A stretch of 54,588 bases of DNA. It comes from Trichomonas gallinae (taxonomy: Eukaryota). The translations under genes and the position numbers were made by a program. Positions 31,679 through 41,294 of this stretch are shown piece after piece (within the stretch, counting starts at the first letter, position 1; every line of letters starts with the position of its first letter). The notes under the pieces are model-generated. The model was not told the DNA's origin. It saw only the letters and a program-made list of their open reading frames with translations, and did not search any database. The stretch covers positions 1-54,588 of the forward strand of contig MRSU01004254.1 in NCBI GenBank assembly GCA_008369845.1, given 5' to 3'.

Positions 31679-34600
31679 ATGGAAGAAACAGAAGGCGCCC
31701 CTCCTGCCCGCGAGCAGGCCGCGTCGCTTGTTTCGTCGTCATCGTCTGGGTCAGGTGAAGTCTCCGATGTGAAATTTTCAGTTTCTAGGTTATCCTGTCT
31801 CACAGAAGTATTCTTACCATGTCTTTGGATCTATTCTGCGTGCATGGGTTCGTACGGAAATACTCTAGCACACATGCTATTCGTGTTTTTGTACGCAGTT
31901 GGTGTCAATACCGTTCACAAAATGTCATTAAAAGTTTATAATTTGCCAGTTTTCCCAATTGTGTTCTCATTGATCTGGTCTTTGACATACTTCATTGCAG
32001 AGTGCACGATGTACTATATGCCGAGAAGTAAAAGGCCAGAATTTACGAAAGCATTGCAATGTTTCGATTTCTTCGATAGTGACACTAGAATTATGTTCAA
32101 AACACCATTCGTTATACTCCAAATGATCACCATTTTCGTTGATATCGTTTACATCGCAAGCCGTGCAACATTTGGCTTAACTTGGTACGCGCAGTCTAAA
32201 ATCGTTGTTTTAAGACACCTTATGATTCTCATCAGGCCACTCTTCCTGTTTACGCTCTCAGTTATGACAGCTGCCGTGAATACAGTTTACACAACTTTTA
32301 TTCCAGTGATTTTTGCACTAACGATTCTTTCATTCTGTCTCATGTCCTGCAACCTTCCGAAATTCGTCAGCCACTTCTACTGGACGCTTTACGTTTTGGG
32401 AGATTTTGCATTTGTCGCATACAAAGACAACAGTTTCAAGAGTCCTTCCATCTATTTCTGGGTCCCAAGGTGGGCAGTAATCTCGGCAACGTCCGTAAAC
32501 TTGCTGTTAATGGGTGCAATCATTGGCGCGAACAGACATACGGCGGCCTTTCCAATTAGGCTCCTGAAAAACGTACAGGTGCCATGGTGGTTCCTGGATA
32601 TCATCCCTTATGTCGTTATTTGCACATGTGGACTTTTCTGTGTTCTCGAAGATTCTTGGCAGTCATATGGCGTGCTTGCTTTCGCTTGCTTCTCGTCTCT
32701 CTTCGGTGTTGACATCCTGCAGAGATCGTCTAGATTCGTTTTGTCGTTAATGGCCTTGGTTTACTGTGGACAAACATTATATTTCTTCATTAGGAAGATA
32801 GAAGGCTACCATCCTAAGTACAACTTCTTCATTTGCCTCCTTCAAGCCCTAGCTGCCGTGTTCGTTCACTGTACTGCTTCTAAAAAGCGGCCAGGAGAAG
32901 ATGAGCCAACAATTACTTTAGATCATAAGAAACCATTCGGACACAAGCTTCTTCAGTGGATTATTTTCATCATCTTTGCGTTTAACGTTGGCCTCAATGC
33001 TGTATTTTCTTCCAAATTCGATTATTTGACTTATGATATTCCATTAGTCACAATTTTGCTGTTAATGATCTTTACATTCTTCAATAGACTCTCTTGGACA
33101 TTACTGAACTTAATTACGTTCGCTTCTACAAGTATTTACTTCATCGCGCCGCTATTAGAAAAGAAACTCGACATTCCGTGGCTTTACGATACAGAAGTCA
33201 CAACAGATCCACATGTTATGTGGTCAAAAGTCTGGCCTTTCATCATTCTCTTCCTTTTGACTGCTATTCAGAGATATTATTACAGACCGCCTCCACAACT
33301 CGTAATTAAGTTCTCTAAGACAGTAGGTGTCTTCGCTGCATTGTGTCTGTCCTGTATCTACATAGAAAACTCAATATTTACAGTTTTATATCAACTGCTT
33401 ATCGTCGCAAACCTTTTCCTGTACAAATGGAACTACGCGCTGATCATCATTAACACTATACTTACATCTTCGCAGATTGTTGTCCTCGCAGCATTCGGAT
33501 ATCCAGAATTAACAAACAAAATCGGAAAGAAAGACTTCTTCTATCCATTCTTTGGCCTCAAGGAGAATCCAGATGTCATCAAGGACCAGATGATACCTAT
33601 AATGATCCTCATTTTCTACACATTCTTCGGATCAATCGCGAGAAAGTACAAAGTGGACGAAAACCACCACGTCAACAAGTATGTTATGCTCGTTATCAAC
33701 AATATCTGGGCTTTAATCATCAAGTTTTCGTTCTATTTCTTCTGGTCTGCAATTTTCCTCGTTGTCGCCATTTCCAAAGGTGTTTCTGTTGTTGGTGCAG
33801 TCATGCTTATAGTCCTTGGTATCCTTAAAGTCTCCGGATGCAGGACAAAAGGCATCGGAATTGCATTATACACGATTTTCATCCTCGACGTGCTTTTCGT
33901 CATTGTTGTCGCCATTGTTTCCACTCCTAAGAAGATCCAAAAGATTGTCGACATCATTGGGCCGATGACAGACACTTCTCTTTCGAAATTCGCAAATGTT
34001 CTCGTCTGCCTTTGCGCTTACATCAATATGAGCACATTCAACACGGAGCCCATCCATCCAATTCTCCATGAAGTCGGTCAGTGTCTTGCTTCTCTTCTTC
34101 TTTCAGTTGTTGAATTCACATTAACAATCATGGCTGTGCAAGAGAACAACATTCTCAACATATTCGGTATTGCCTTGGTTTTGGTAATATTGCTTCACCC
34201 AAGAGTTTCGATTTGCGGAGCCAGAGCCATTACAATTATTTTGACAATAATTTTAGGCTACGCTTTGGCCCTTTTAATCTATCCAGTACACAAGCAGAAC
34301 CAGTGGCTTGACTATTTCTTGGTGACAAACGTCAAAACAATAGAAGTTTTCTACATATTCTTGACAATGATTGCTTTCTGCCTATTCGTCGAGTTTGGAA
34401 CACTGAACATCAACGTGGGAAGGTCATTCTTAACAGCTTATTTACCTTCCATTCTTTCAGTAGCTGCTGCAGTGATTTCATTGTATGGAAAGAAGTATTT
34501 ATTAATGATTCACTCAATTATGCTGTTGGTTAACTTAATGTTCACTTTCCACACGGAAACATTCCACGAGAGATCGTTCTCTGCTGTGACTTGGTTCGCT

Positions 34601-37570
34601 TTCGTTATATTAGCGATCAAGGCTGTGAGGCCGATAAGAATCATCCCGCAGAAAGAGTCTGTTTTCGATACAGCTTTGGGCATCATGACAGATTTTGACG
34701 ACGACAACATCTTTTGGTGCGTTTGTTTCTGGCTCGAATTCTTGCTACGATGCTGTCTTAATTCTCCTTTATACAATGAAGTGCACGGAAGAGAGTTAAA
34801 GAGAGCCGAATACAGAAAGAAGAGAGCTCAAATCATCGAAGAAATGTTTGAGATCGATCACAGATATTCAGACTACAATTTCAAACACACTTTAGAAGTC
34901 TTGAAGTCGGGCATCACCAATCTCGATATAACAGACGCAATGATGCCAAACACATCATCTATAGAGTTAATCAAGCCTAAAGAAGCGCCAAAGGAAGAAA
35001 AAGACAACAAGAATGAAAACGGAGAAATAGACGACAGGCCGCCAATGTCTGCCACGAAACAATTTTACATTTCGATTCTCAAATTCATCATCAACTTCTT
35101 GTGGAGATGTTTGATTTGGCTCGTCAACAAACTGATTATTTTGGCTTCGAACTTCACTGATATCAATCTAGAGCCTGGTGTTCACGTCCAGTTTTTGGTC
35201 AACATGAGAAACATGATGAGCGAAATGGTTGACGGTTTCGTTGCCAATAATGCTTTGTCGATTCCAGAAGCTTACCAAGGATTCGTCAAACAGATTCCTA
35301 TGTCTTATCTTTATCATTTCCAGATCTTCCACAAATTGAACATCAAAGAAATCACAGACAAAAACAGGTTCCCGTTATTCTATCATTACGTCAAGCTATG
35401 TTCAAGACAAGCAATTCCAATGTTACTATTAGCGATGTCTTTCTATTATCCTGTCGAAGAGAGATCAGTTTTCGCTTTAGCTTTCTTCTTCTTGGCTTTA
35501 GTGACTGTTTCTTTCAACATAGAAACTTATTTGCCATTCGTTTATCTTTCAGGCTTATATATGTTCATGAGAGAATTATACAGAAGCTACAAGTTAGGAG
35601 ATTTAATTGATTCTTTCGTTATTTCTTTGGACGAACAACACAGAAAGTTAAGGGTGTCAACATGTTTCGGCTTGGATCTGAATAGCGGCGAGAAACTGTA
35701 TTTGTTAATAGTCTTCATTTTAGCATGCGCATCACAGACATATTCGTTCACTCACCCATTCCAGTCTAGAAGACCGAACCAGCATAAACCAGTAGATCCT
35801 GATTTAGCGCAGCCGAAATTGACATTCAGCGAGAAATTGTTGAGAAGAATTAACATGAAATCGTTCATACAATATTCATTCAACAAGATCGTTTTGCTGG
35901 TCGATGTCATCGCTTTCTGCATTGCATTGTTCTTCTATCTTGGATGGACAGTTTCTTCTTCGTCAGACTCTTTGTTCAGCGGTGCTGCGACAATCACCTA
36001 CGACTTCGTTTTCTTCCTGATGGGGAACTTCATCTTTATCATGTTCAACCAGTGGGTTATATTGAGCAGACACAAACTATGGCTGTTCACTTTCAACTTC
36101 TTGTACGCTATCTTCACTTTCATTTACATGACATACTTGATTCCTGTTTTCACTTCCGATGGATGCTTCGAGCACTCAACTTATTGGCTGTTTTACTTCT
36201 TGAGAATTTTGTCTGAAATTATTTTAGCCTGCAATTGCATGTTCGGATTCGCAAGGATGCCGCCAAGCCTAGGCAATCCTAATGCACTGTTCACTTACAT
36301 CAAATTGCTGACAATCGCTAATGTTCCATTCTTGTTCGAATTCATTCAGCTCACCAAATGGTTGGCCTGCACAACATCGCTTAACATGTTCGATTTCATG
36401 ATCATCGGCCAACTCAGGTCTAAACTATCCAAGCAAGTCGCTTTGCTGAAATTATTCCCAGCTACATCGAAGAAGAAGAGCCACATATTAGGTTTAGGAT
36501 TCATCTTCTTCTTGTTTGCTTTGTTGTTCATTCCTTTCATCATCATGATGTCTTCTTCTTCCACATCAATTCCCAACGGAGTCAAAGTCGCGACTGTTTC
36601 CATTGGTGTTTACGGCCTTCCAGAGTTCTTCACAGGAACAGTTCTCCCTGGTGACGACACAATCTTGACTACATCAATGCAGAAGGACATCGTCAAGGCT
36701 GGCGACAAGACATTAGATGCATTTTACTCGAACAGCAGAAAGGAATCTCAGTACTTCATTTATCCTCACATCACAATGACGAACTGGATTATTTCAGAAT
36801 CGTCAGCCCAATACGCAATGCACACAATTGCAAACACAACTAATCCAATCTTCATTCCTTACGTCACATTCAAGTTCACTGTCAACACTCCGACGACAAA
36901 GAAGAACACAGACCAGCTGACATTTACAAAGACAGGAGATCAGCTTCCTAAGGACATTTTGGAAAAATTATATCAGGCATTGAACTGCACTTTAACATTG
37001 GAGACACCACAAGAAGAAATTTCATTCAACATTTCCAATTTCATTCCTCTTTACTTCTTAATTCCGTTGGACAAAGACGCGAAATTCATCAAAGGATATT
37101 CATTCAATACTACATTCACATTCGTCAAATCAAGCTCAGGCAGCTCATTCTACTGGAATGTCAACACAACACCAACAGATAAGATGCCGAGTGGAGTACA
37201 GCCAGGTCCTATCGGATCAATCGTTTTCTCGAAGCCAACATATGATGCTGTCATTGGTACACTGTTGTCGAAGACTGGTGGTGGTTTCTACGGTTTGTAT
37301 TTGTTCGTTATCTTCACTTGCGGTAAATTCGTTAGAGGTTTCATTAACTCATTCTTCACTGACCTTTGGATCGATAAGATGGGTAAGCCAGAGATCTTCT
37401 TGAATGTTATATTGGCGATTGAAGCTCATAGAAAGGCAGGAGACTTGGTGTCTGAATTCAACACTGCAATGATGTTGATTAACACAATCAGGTCTGTCCA
37501 CAACATCGTCAAGATCGGTGGCTACATCCCAATCGATGAGGAGCAGAAGAAGAAGCCAACACTTGTGTAA
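31679..37570 (+). CDS. PIEZO: Piezo-family mechanosensitive ion channel (1963 aa)
   Basis: Many TM segments, a beam-like helix (ELKRAEYRKKRA), the PFxxEx6W signature PFLFEFIQLTKW (36326-36361), outer helix, cap, inner helix GLYLFVIFTCGKFVRGF and CTD ..HRKAGDLVSE..IRS. Confidence 0.95.
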   Translation: MEETEGAPPAREQAASLVSSSSSGSGEVSDVKFSVSRLSCLTEVFLPCLWIYSACMGSYGNTLAHMLFVFLYAVGVNTVHKMSLKVYNLPVFPIVFSLIWSLTYFIAECTMYYMPRSKRPEFTKALQCFDFFDSDTRIMFKTPFVILQMITIFVDIVYIASRATFGLTWYAQSKIVVLRHLMILIRPLFLFTLSVMTAAVNTVYTTFIPVIFALTILSFCLMSCNLPKFVSHFYWTLYVLGDFAFVAYKDNSFKSPSIYFWVPRWAVISATSVNLLLMGAIIGANRHTAAFPIRLLKNVQVPWWFLDIIPYVVICTCGLFCVLEDSWQSYGVLAFACFSSLFGVDILQRSSRFVLSLMALVYCGQTLYFFIRKIEGYHPKYNFFICLLQALAAVFVHCTASKKRPGEDEPTITLDHKKPFGHKLLQWIIFIIFAFNVGLNAVFSSKFDYLTYDIPLVTILLLMIFTFFNRLSWTLLNLITFASTSIYFIAPLLEKKLDIPWLYDTEVTTDPHVMWSKVWPFIILFLLTAIQRYYYRPPPQLVIKFSKTVGVFAALCLSCIYIENSIFTVLYQLLIVANLFLYKWNYALIIINTILTSSQIVVLAAFGYPELTNKIGKKDFFYPFFGLKENPDVIKDQMIPIMILIFYTFFGSIARKYKVDENHHVNKYVMLVINNIWALIIKFSFYFFWSAIFLVVAISKGVSVVGAVMLIVLGILKVSGCRTKGIGIALYTIFILDVLFVIVVAIVSTPKKIQKIVDIIGPMTDTSLSKFANVLVCLCAYINMSTFNTEPIHPILHEVGQCLASLLLSVVEFTLTIMAVQENNILNIFGIALVLVILLHPRVSICGARAITIILTIILGYALALLIYPVHKQNQWLDYFLVTNVKTIEVFYIFLTMIAFCLFVEFGTLNINVGRSFLTAYLPSILSVAAAVISLYGKKYLLMIHSIMLLVNLMFTFHTETFHERSFSAVTWFAFVILAIKAVRPIRIIPQKESVFDTALGIMTDFDDDNIFWCVCFWLEFLLRCCLNSPLYNEVHGRELKRAEYRKKRAQIIEEMFEIDHRYSDYNFKHTLEVLKSGITNLDITDAMMPNTSSIELIKPKEAPKEEKDNKNENGEIDDRPPMSATKQFYISILKFIINFLWRCLIWLVNKLIILASNFTDINLEPGVHVQFLVNMRNMMSEMVDGFVANNALSIPEAYQGFVKQIPMSYLYHFQIFHKLNIKEITDKNRFPLFYHYVKLCSRQAIPMLLLAMSFYYPVEERSVFALAFFFLALVTVSFNIETYLPFVYLSGLYMFMRELYRSYKLGDLIDSFVISLDEQHRKLRVSTCFGLDLNSGEKLYLLIVFILACASQTYSFTHPFQSRRPNQHKPVDPDLAQPKLTFSEKLLRRINMKSFIQYSFNKIVLLVDVIAFCIALFFYLGWTVSSSSDSLFSGAATITYDFVFFLMGNFIFIMFNQWVILSRHKLWLFTFNFLYAIFTFIYMTYLIPVFTSDGCFEHSTYWLFYFLRILSEIILACNCMFGFARMPPSLGNPNALFTYIKLLTIANVPFLFEFIQLTKWLACTTSLNMFDFMIIGQLRSKLSKQVALLKLFPATSKKKSHILGLGFIFFLFALLFIPFIIMMSSSSTSIPNGVKVATVSIGVYGLPEFFTGTVLPGDDTILTTSMQKDIVKAGDKTLDAFYSNSRKESQYFIYPHITMTNWIISESSAQYAMHTIANTTNPIFIPYVTFKFTVNTPTTKKNTDQLTFTKTGDQLPKDILEKLYQALNCTLTLETPQEEISFNISNFIPLYFLIPLDKDAKFIKGYSFNTTFTFVKSSSGSSFYWNVNTTPTDKMPSGVQPGPIGSIVFSKPTYDAVIGTLLSKTGGGFYGLYLFVIFTCGKFVRGFINSFFTDLWIDKMGKPEIFLNVILAIEAHRKAGDLVSEFNTAMMLINTIRSVHNIVKIGGYIPIDEEQKKKPTLV

Positions 37571-38276
37571 GCTATATATTTTATATATATATTTTTATTC
37601 ATAAATTATTTATTTTTGTTTAATTTTCATTTTTTGACACGTAAATTGTTTACGATCGGAAGGAATTATACTCTTTCATAACTCGATGAATAATGTATTT
37701 ATTGATCTAGTTATTTTAGCATTGATTGCTGTTTATTCGTCAATATACTGAATACTATTTTGAAATCATGTGTCAATAAACAAATATGAGGGTTTCGTTG
37801 TATTTTTTCTATCTATAATTTTCTTGATTTAAAGATAATTTGACATTTGTCATGTAAAATGCATATTCTGGATTCGAAAAATTGAATTTAGGTTCATGTT
37901 TTTGATTGGAATATATACTTATAATTTTTAAAAATTGCTTCGACTTTAAATTTGACATGTAAATTGTTTACAATTATAACAGCGAAAAATAGAACACTTT
38001 CGACAATCTCATATCAGAAGAAATAATAAAGATTTTGGAGCCCATTCTTTAGGCATTATGAGCTATTTATACATATTCCGAATGATGGTCATATTAAAAT
38101 TATATGTTTATTCATAAAATACTTGATTTCAGCTCATTTTTTAAATAAATCATTTTCATCATTTTTAGTAAATTTTGACATTTGTCATGTAAATCTATTT
38201 ATTAAAAAAAATGAAAATGCAAAACTGAGCAAATTAATTAAACAATAAACTCAAGTTTTAACTAAATAAATAAAAA

Positions 38277-40652
38277 TCACATATTCATAATATCATTTTG
38301 TCCGTTGTTGGCGAATTTGTTGTCAGTGGATTTGACAGTTGCTCCTTTAGACACCAAGATGCCAAACATCGTGTTGTTCTCTATCGTGCAGTTCTTTATG
38401 TCTCCCTTTGCCTTTTCCATGAGCTGAATAGAAAACTGTCCATTTCCGCTAAATACTGCTTTATCTGCTTGCAAAACTCCATTGCCCATGCAGACGATGC
38501 CAGACATTCCGCAGTTCTTTATCTCTCCGCCTTTTAGATGCAAAGTTCCCCTGTCGCCGATCAAAACTCCCATCTTCGCCTCATCGTGTATCAATGTGTC
38601 GTTGATGTTCAAGATTCCGCCTGCGTGGACTTGCAGGCCAACTCCCTGTATTGTCCTGGACACGTCGCACTTAGTCAACTGTACAATTGAACCGTTTCTG
38701 ACTTCAACGTGAGGCTGCAGGGATCCAAGGAATTTGCATGAGTTGCAGAAAACTGTTGTTTCGTTCATCGCGATGATAGACACAGAATATCTGTTGTTTT
38801 CGAAGACAGAGTCAGTGAAGAAGGCTGACGTGTCAGATTCGAACAATTGAGCTGCGAAATTCAGGTTCTCCTTGATTTTACAACGCTCGAATGTTGGTGT
38901 TGATTTTCCGTAGATGGACAAAGCCGCTGTTCCGCATTTGGTGAAGATGCAGTCGTTAAATGTTGGCTCGGATGACGAAAATGTGGCAACACCGATGTTT
39001 GGAGCATCATGGAAATTGCAATCTTGGAAGAAAGGTTGTGATTTCTCTGATATTGATACTAGAGCCTCTTTAGCGCCTTCAAATGAGCATTTGACTATCT
39101 TTGGCTTTGTTTCTTCACCAGAAATAACAATTTCACTTTTAACTGAGTTCAAAAGTTCGCAATCTTCAATTGCAGCAACGGGTGTGTTCCGTATAATGAT
39201 TCCTTCTGTGTTATTTAGCAGTCTGCAAGCGATAACACTGACCTGTCCAGCATTATGAATTTCAATTCCGCCGCAAGCGCAGCCAGTGACTTCACTCTCT
39301 AATATTTCGCCTGCAACACCTGACATCAATGCAATTCCCTGTTGTCCACACCTCTCAACTGTCAATTTTTGCAAATTAAAAGATGCACCGTCTCTTACTT
39401 GAACGCCAACGTCTGGAACCTTCTCGATTCTGCCTCCATTCATCACCAAAGAGCCGCCTGAGTAAGCAACGATGCCACTTTTAGGTATATCGTGAATAAA
39501 AATATCTGTTGCATTAATTTCGCCGTTTTCGAAAGCTGCTGCAGCAACAACACAACCACCACTTAAGTCATCGTGGTCCATTGTCACTGTAGCGTTTTTC
39601 TGTGCAACGACTAAACAATTATTTGGAGATTCTCTGATTATACAGTGTTTTGTAACAATATTTGCACCTCCTGTAGCATTTATGCTTGTCACTGCGTTGT
39701 TTTCTAAAGTGCATTCGATTAATAAAGGTTTTACGTTGCCCTCTGCTGAAATTCCTGTTCCATTCTTGTGATCTTTTATATTTGAGCGTAAAAATGCAAC
39801 TATACCGGTTGAAGTTACATCAGCTCCGTTTACATTATCTTTAATATCGCATTCTTGAATTAAAGCCTTAGAAGCGCCGGAACACGATATTCCAGCCGAT
39901 TCATTTCTGCTCATTACTGATTTTTCTAAAGTTACAACCGAATTATCTGTTGAATAAACTCCGAATGTTTTGCTTTGAGTAAATTTGCATTTTGTCGCAT
40001 ATACTTGCGCTGAATCGTTTGTTATCAAGCACGGATTGTTTGATTCGCTGAATTCACATCCAACAAATTCTACTTTTGAGTCTCCTGTGACACTGACAGA
40101 TGAAATAGTATCGCATATGAATGTGCAGTTGATGGCTCTTAAGAAACCCGTCGAAACTGTTAAAGCTCCTCCAGAATTTGTTGATTTTTGTACTAAAATG
40201 AGATTTTCGAGCTCAACGAAAGCTCCTTCGCTTATAATTGTATCATTTTTAGATAAACCGGTGATTTTTACTTTGCCAAGACCTTTAATTTTGATGTTTT
40301 TCGTTAATTTGATTTCTTCTGTGTATTCACCTTCAGGAACTTCGATGACTGTTCCTGGTGAAGCTTTTTCAGCAAGTTCACCGATTGTAATTCCTTTATA
40401 AAGCTTAATCAAATTAGCTTCTTTGAATGCTTGCTGTTTTGTAAAAACAGGGAAAGTAATCTGTAAAGAATCGAGTTTTGTTTGTTCCTCTGGTAGTGAA
40501 TTTGGAAAAATTGATGGATAATCTTTATTCTGATTATTTTGTGGAATTTTTACTTTCGAGAATTGGCTAATTTTAACTGGGCGTGCTTTGCTTTGACTAC
40601 TGTTTTTGGCTACGTCGCCTAATTGACTGATCAATGCCCCTAATTCGCTCAT
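38277..40652 (-). CDS. Right-handed parallel beta-helix (pectin-lyase/CASH-like) repeat protein
   Basis: PGTVIEVPEGEYTEEIKL..IKIKG cap followed by many ~23-aa G(I/V)x..C repeats; no signal peptide; Inr-like TCACT upstream. Confidence 0.88.
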   Translation of the reverse strand: MSELGALISQLGDVAKNSSQSKARPVKISQFSKVKIPQNNQNKDYPSIFPNSLPEEQTKLDSLQITFPVFTKQQAFKEANLIKLYKGITIGELAEKASPGTVIEVPEGEYTEEIKLTKNIKIKGLGKVKITGLSKNDTIISEGAFVELENLILVQKSTNSGGALTVSTGFLRAINCTFICDTISSVSVTGDSKVEFVGCEFSESNNPCLITNDSAQVYATKCKFTQSKTFGVYSTDNSVVTLEKSVMSRNESAGISCSGASKALIQECDIKDNVNGADVTSTGIVAFLRSNIKDHKNGTGISAEGNVKPLLIECTLENNAVTSINATGGANIVTKHCIIRESPNNCLVVAQKNATVTMDHDDLSGGCVVAAAAFENGEINATDIFIHDIPKSGIVAYSGGSLVMNGGRIEKVPDVGVQVRDGASFNLQKLTVERCGQQGIALMSGVAGEILESEVTGCACGGIEIHNAGQVSVIACRLLNNTEGIIIRNTPVAAIEDCELLNSVKSEIVISGEETKPKIVKCSFEGAKEALVSISEKSQPFFQDCNFHDAPNIGVATFSSSEPTFNDCIFTKCGTAALSIYGKSTPTFERCKIKENLNFAAQLFESDTSAFFTDSVFENNRYSVSIIAMNETTVFCNSCKFLGSLQPHVEVRNGSIVQLTKCDVSRTIQGVGLQVHAGGILNINDTLIHDEAKMGVLIGDRGTLHLKGGEIKNCGMSGIVCMGNGVLQADKAVFSGNGQFSIQLMEKAKGDIKNCTIENNTMFGILVSKGATVKSTDNKFANNGQNDIMNM

Positions 40653-40776
40653 TTTTCAAAAAATATTAAATTAAAAGTGACAAAATAATAAAATTTATCT
40701 TCTTCAAATGATATAAAGAAATCTAGTAAAGACTCTAAAAATTTTGTACTTTATGCTTATATCGTCATAATAGTGC

Positions 40777-41178
40777 ATTATACGCATATATTGTCGCTTA
40801 ATTCTCATGTAAATCAGATCATCATCTTGTTGAATTAAATATATTAGAATTATCACCTTAACATTATTATATTTTTGGCTAACATAGCCAAATTACTAGA
40901 TTATACACATATATTGTCGCTTGATTTTTATGTAAATCAATTCTTCAACATGTTGAAATGTGTATATCTGAGTAATCAATATTATATTATTATCTTTTGA
41001 TTTTGATAGTCAGATTACCAGATTGAACACATATATTGTCGTTACACTTTCTTCATATTCAAATCAAGTACTTGTTGGATTAAATATATTAGAATTATCA
41101 TTTTAAAATTATTATATTTTTGACTGACATAGTCATATTACTAGATTATACATCTATGTTGTCGCTTAATTCTCATAT
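40777..41178. repeat. ~123-bp tandem repeat, ~3.3 copies
   Basis: Anchor TTGTCG at 40791, 40914, 41036 and 41159 (periods 123, 122, 123). Confidence 0.9.
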
Positions 41179-41294
41179 CTATGATTTTGATAACAATCAT
41201 TATAGTTATAAGTAAATGATTTGAAATAAGAAGGTATTAAAATGACATTTTTATTATCAATAGAGTGATAAATTATAACATAAAATAAAAAAAA

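Noticed and set aside
33094..37403. Short alternate-frame and antisense ORFs within Piezo and other long genes
   Set aside because: Expected shadow ORFs of codon-biased CDSs, with no motifs.
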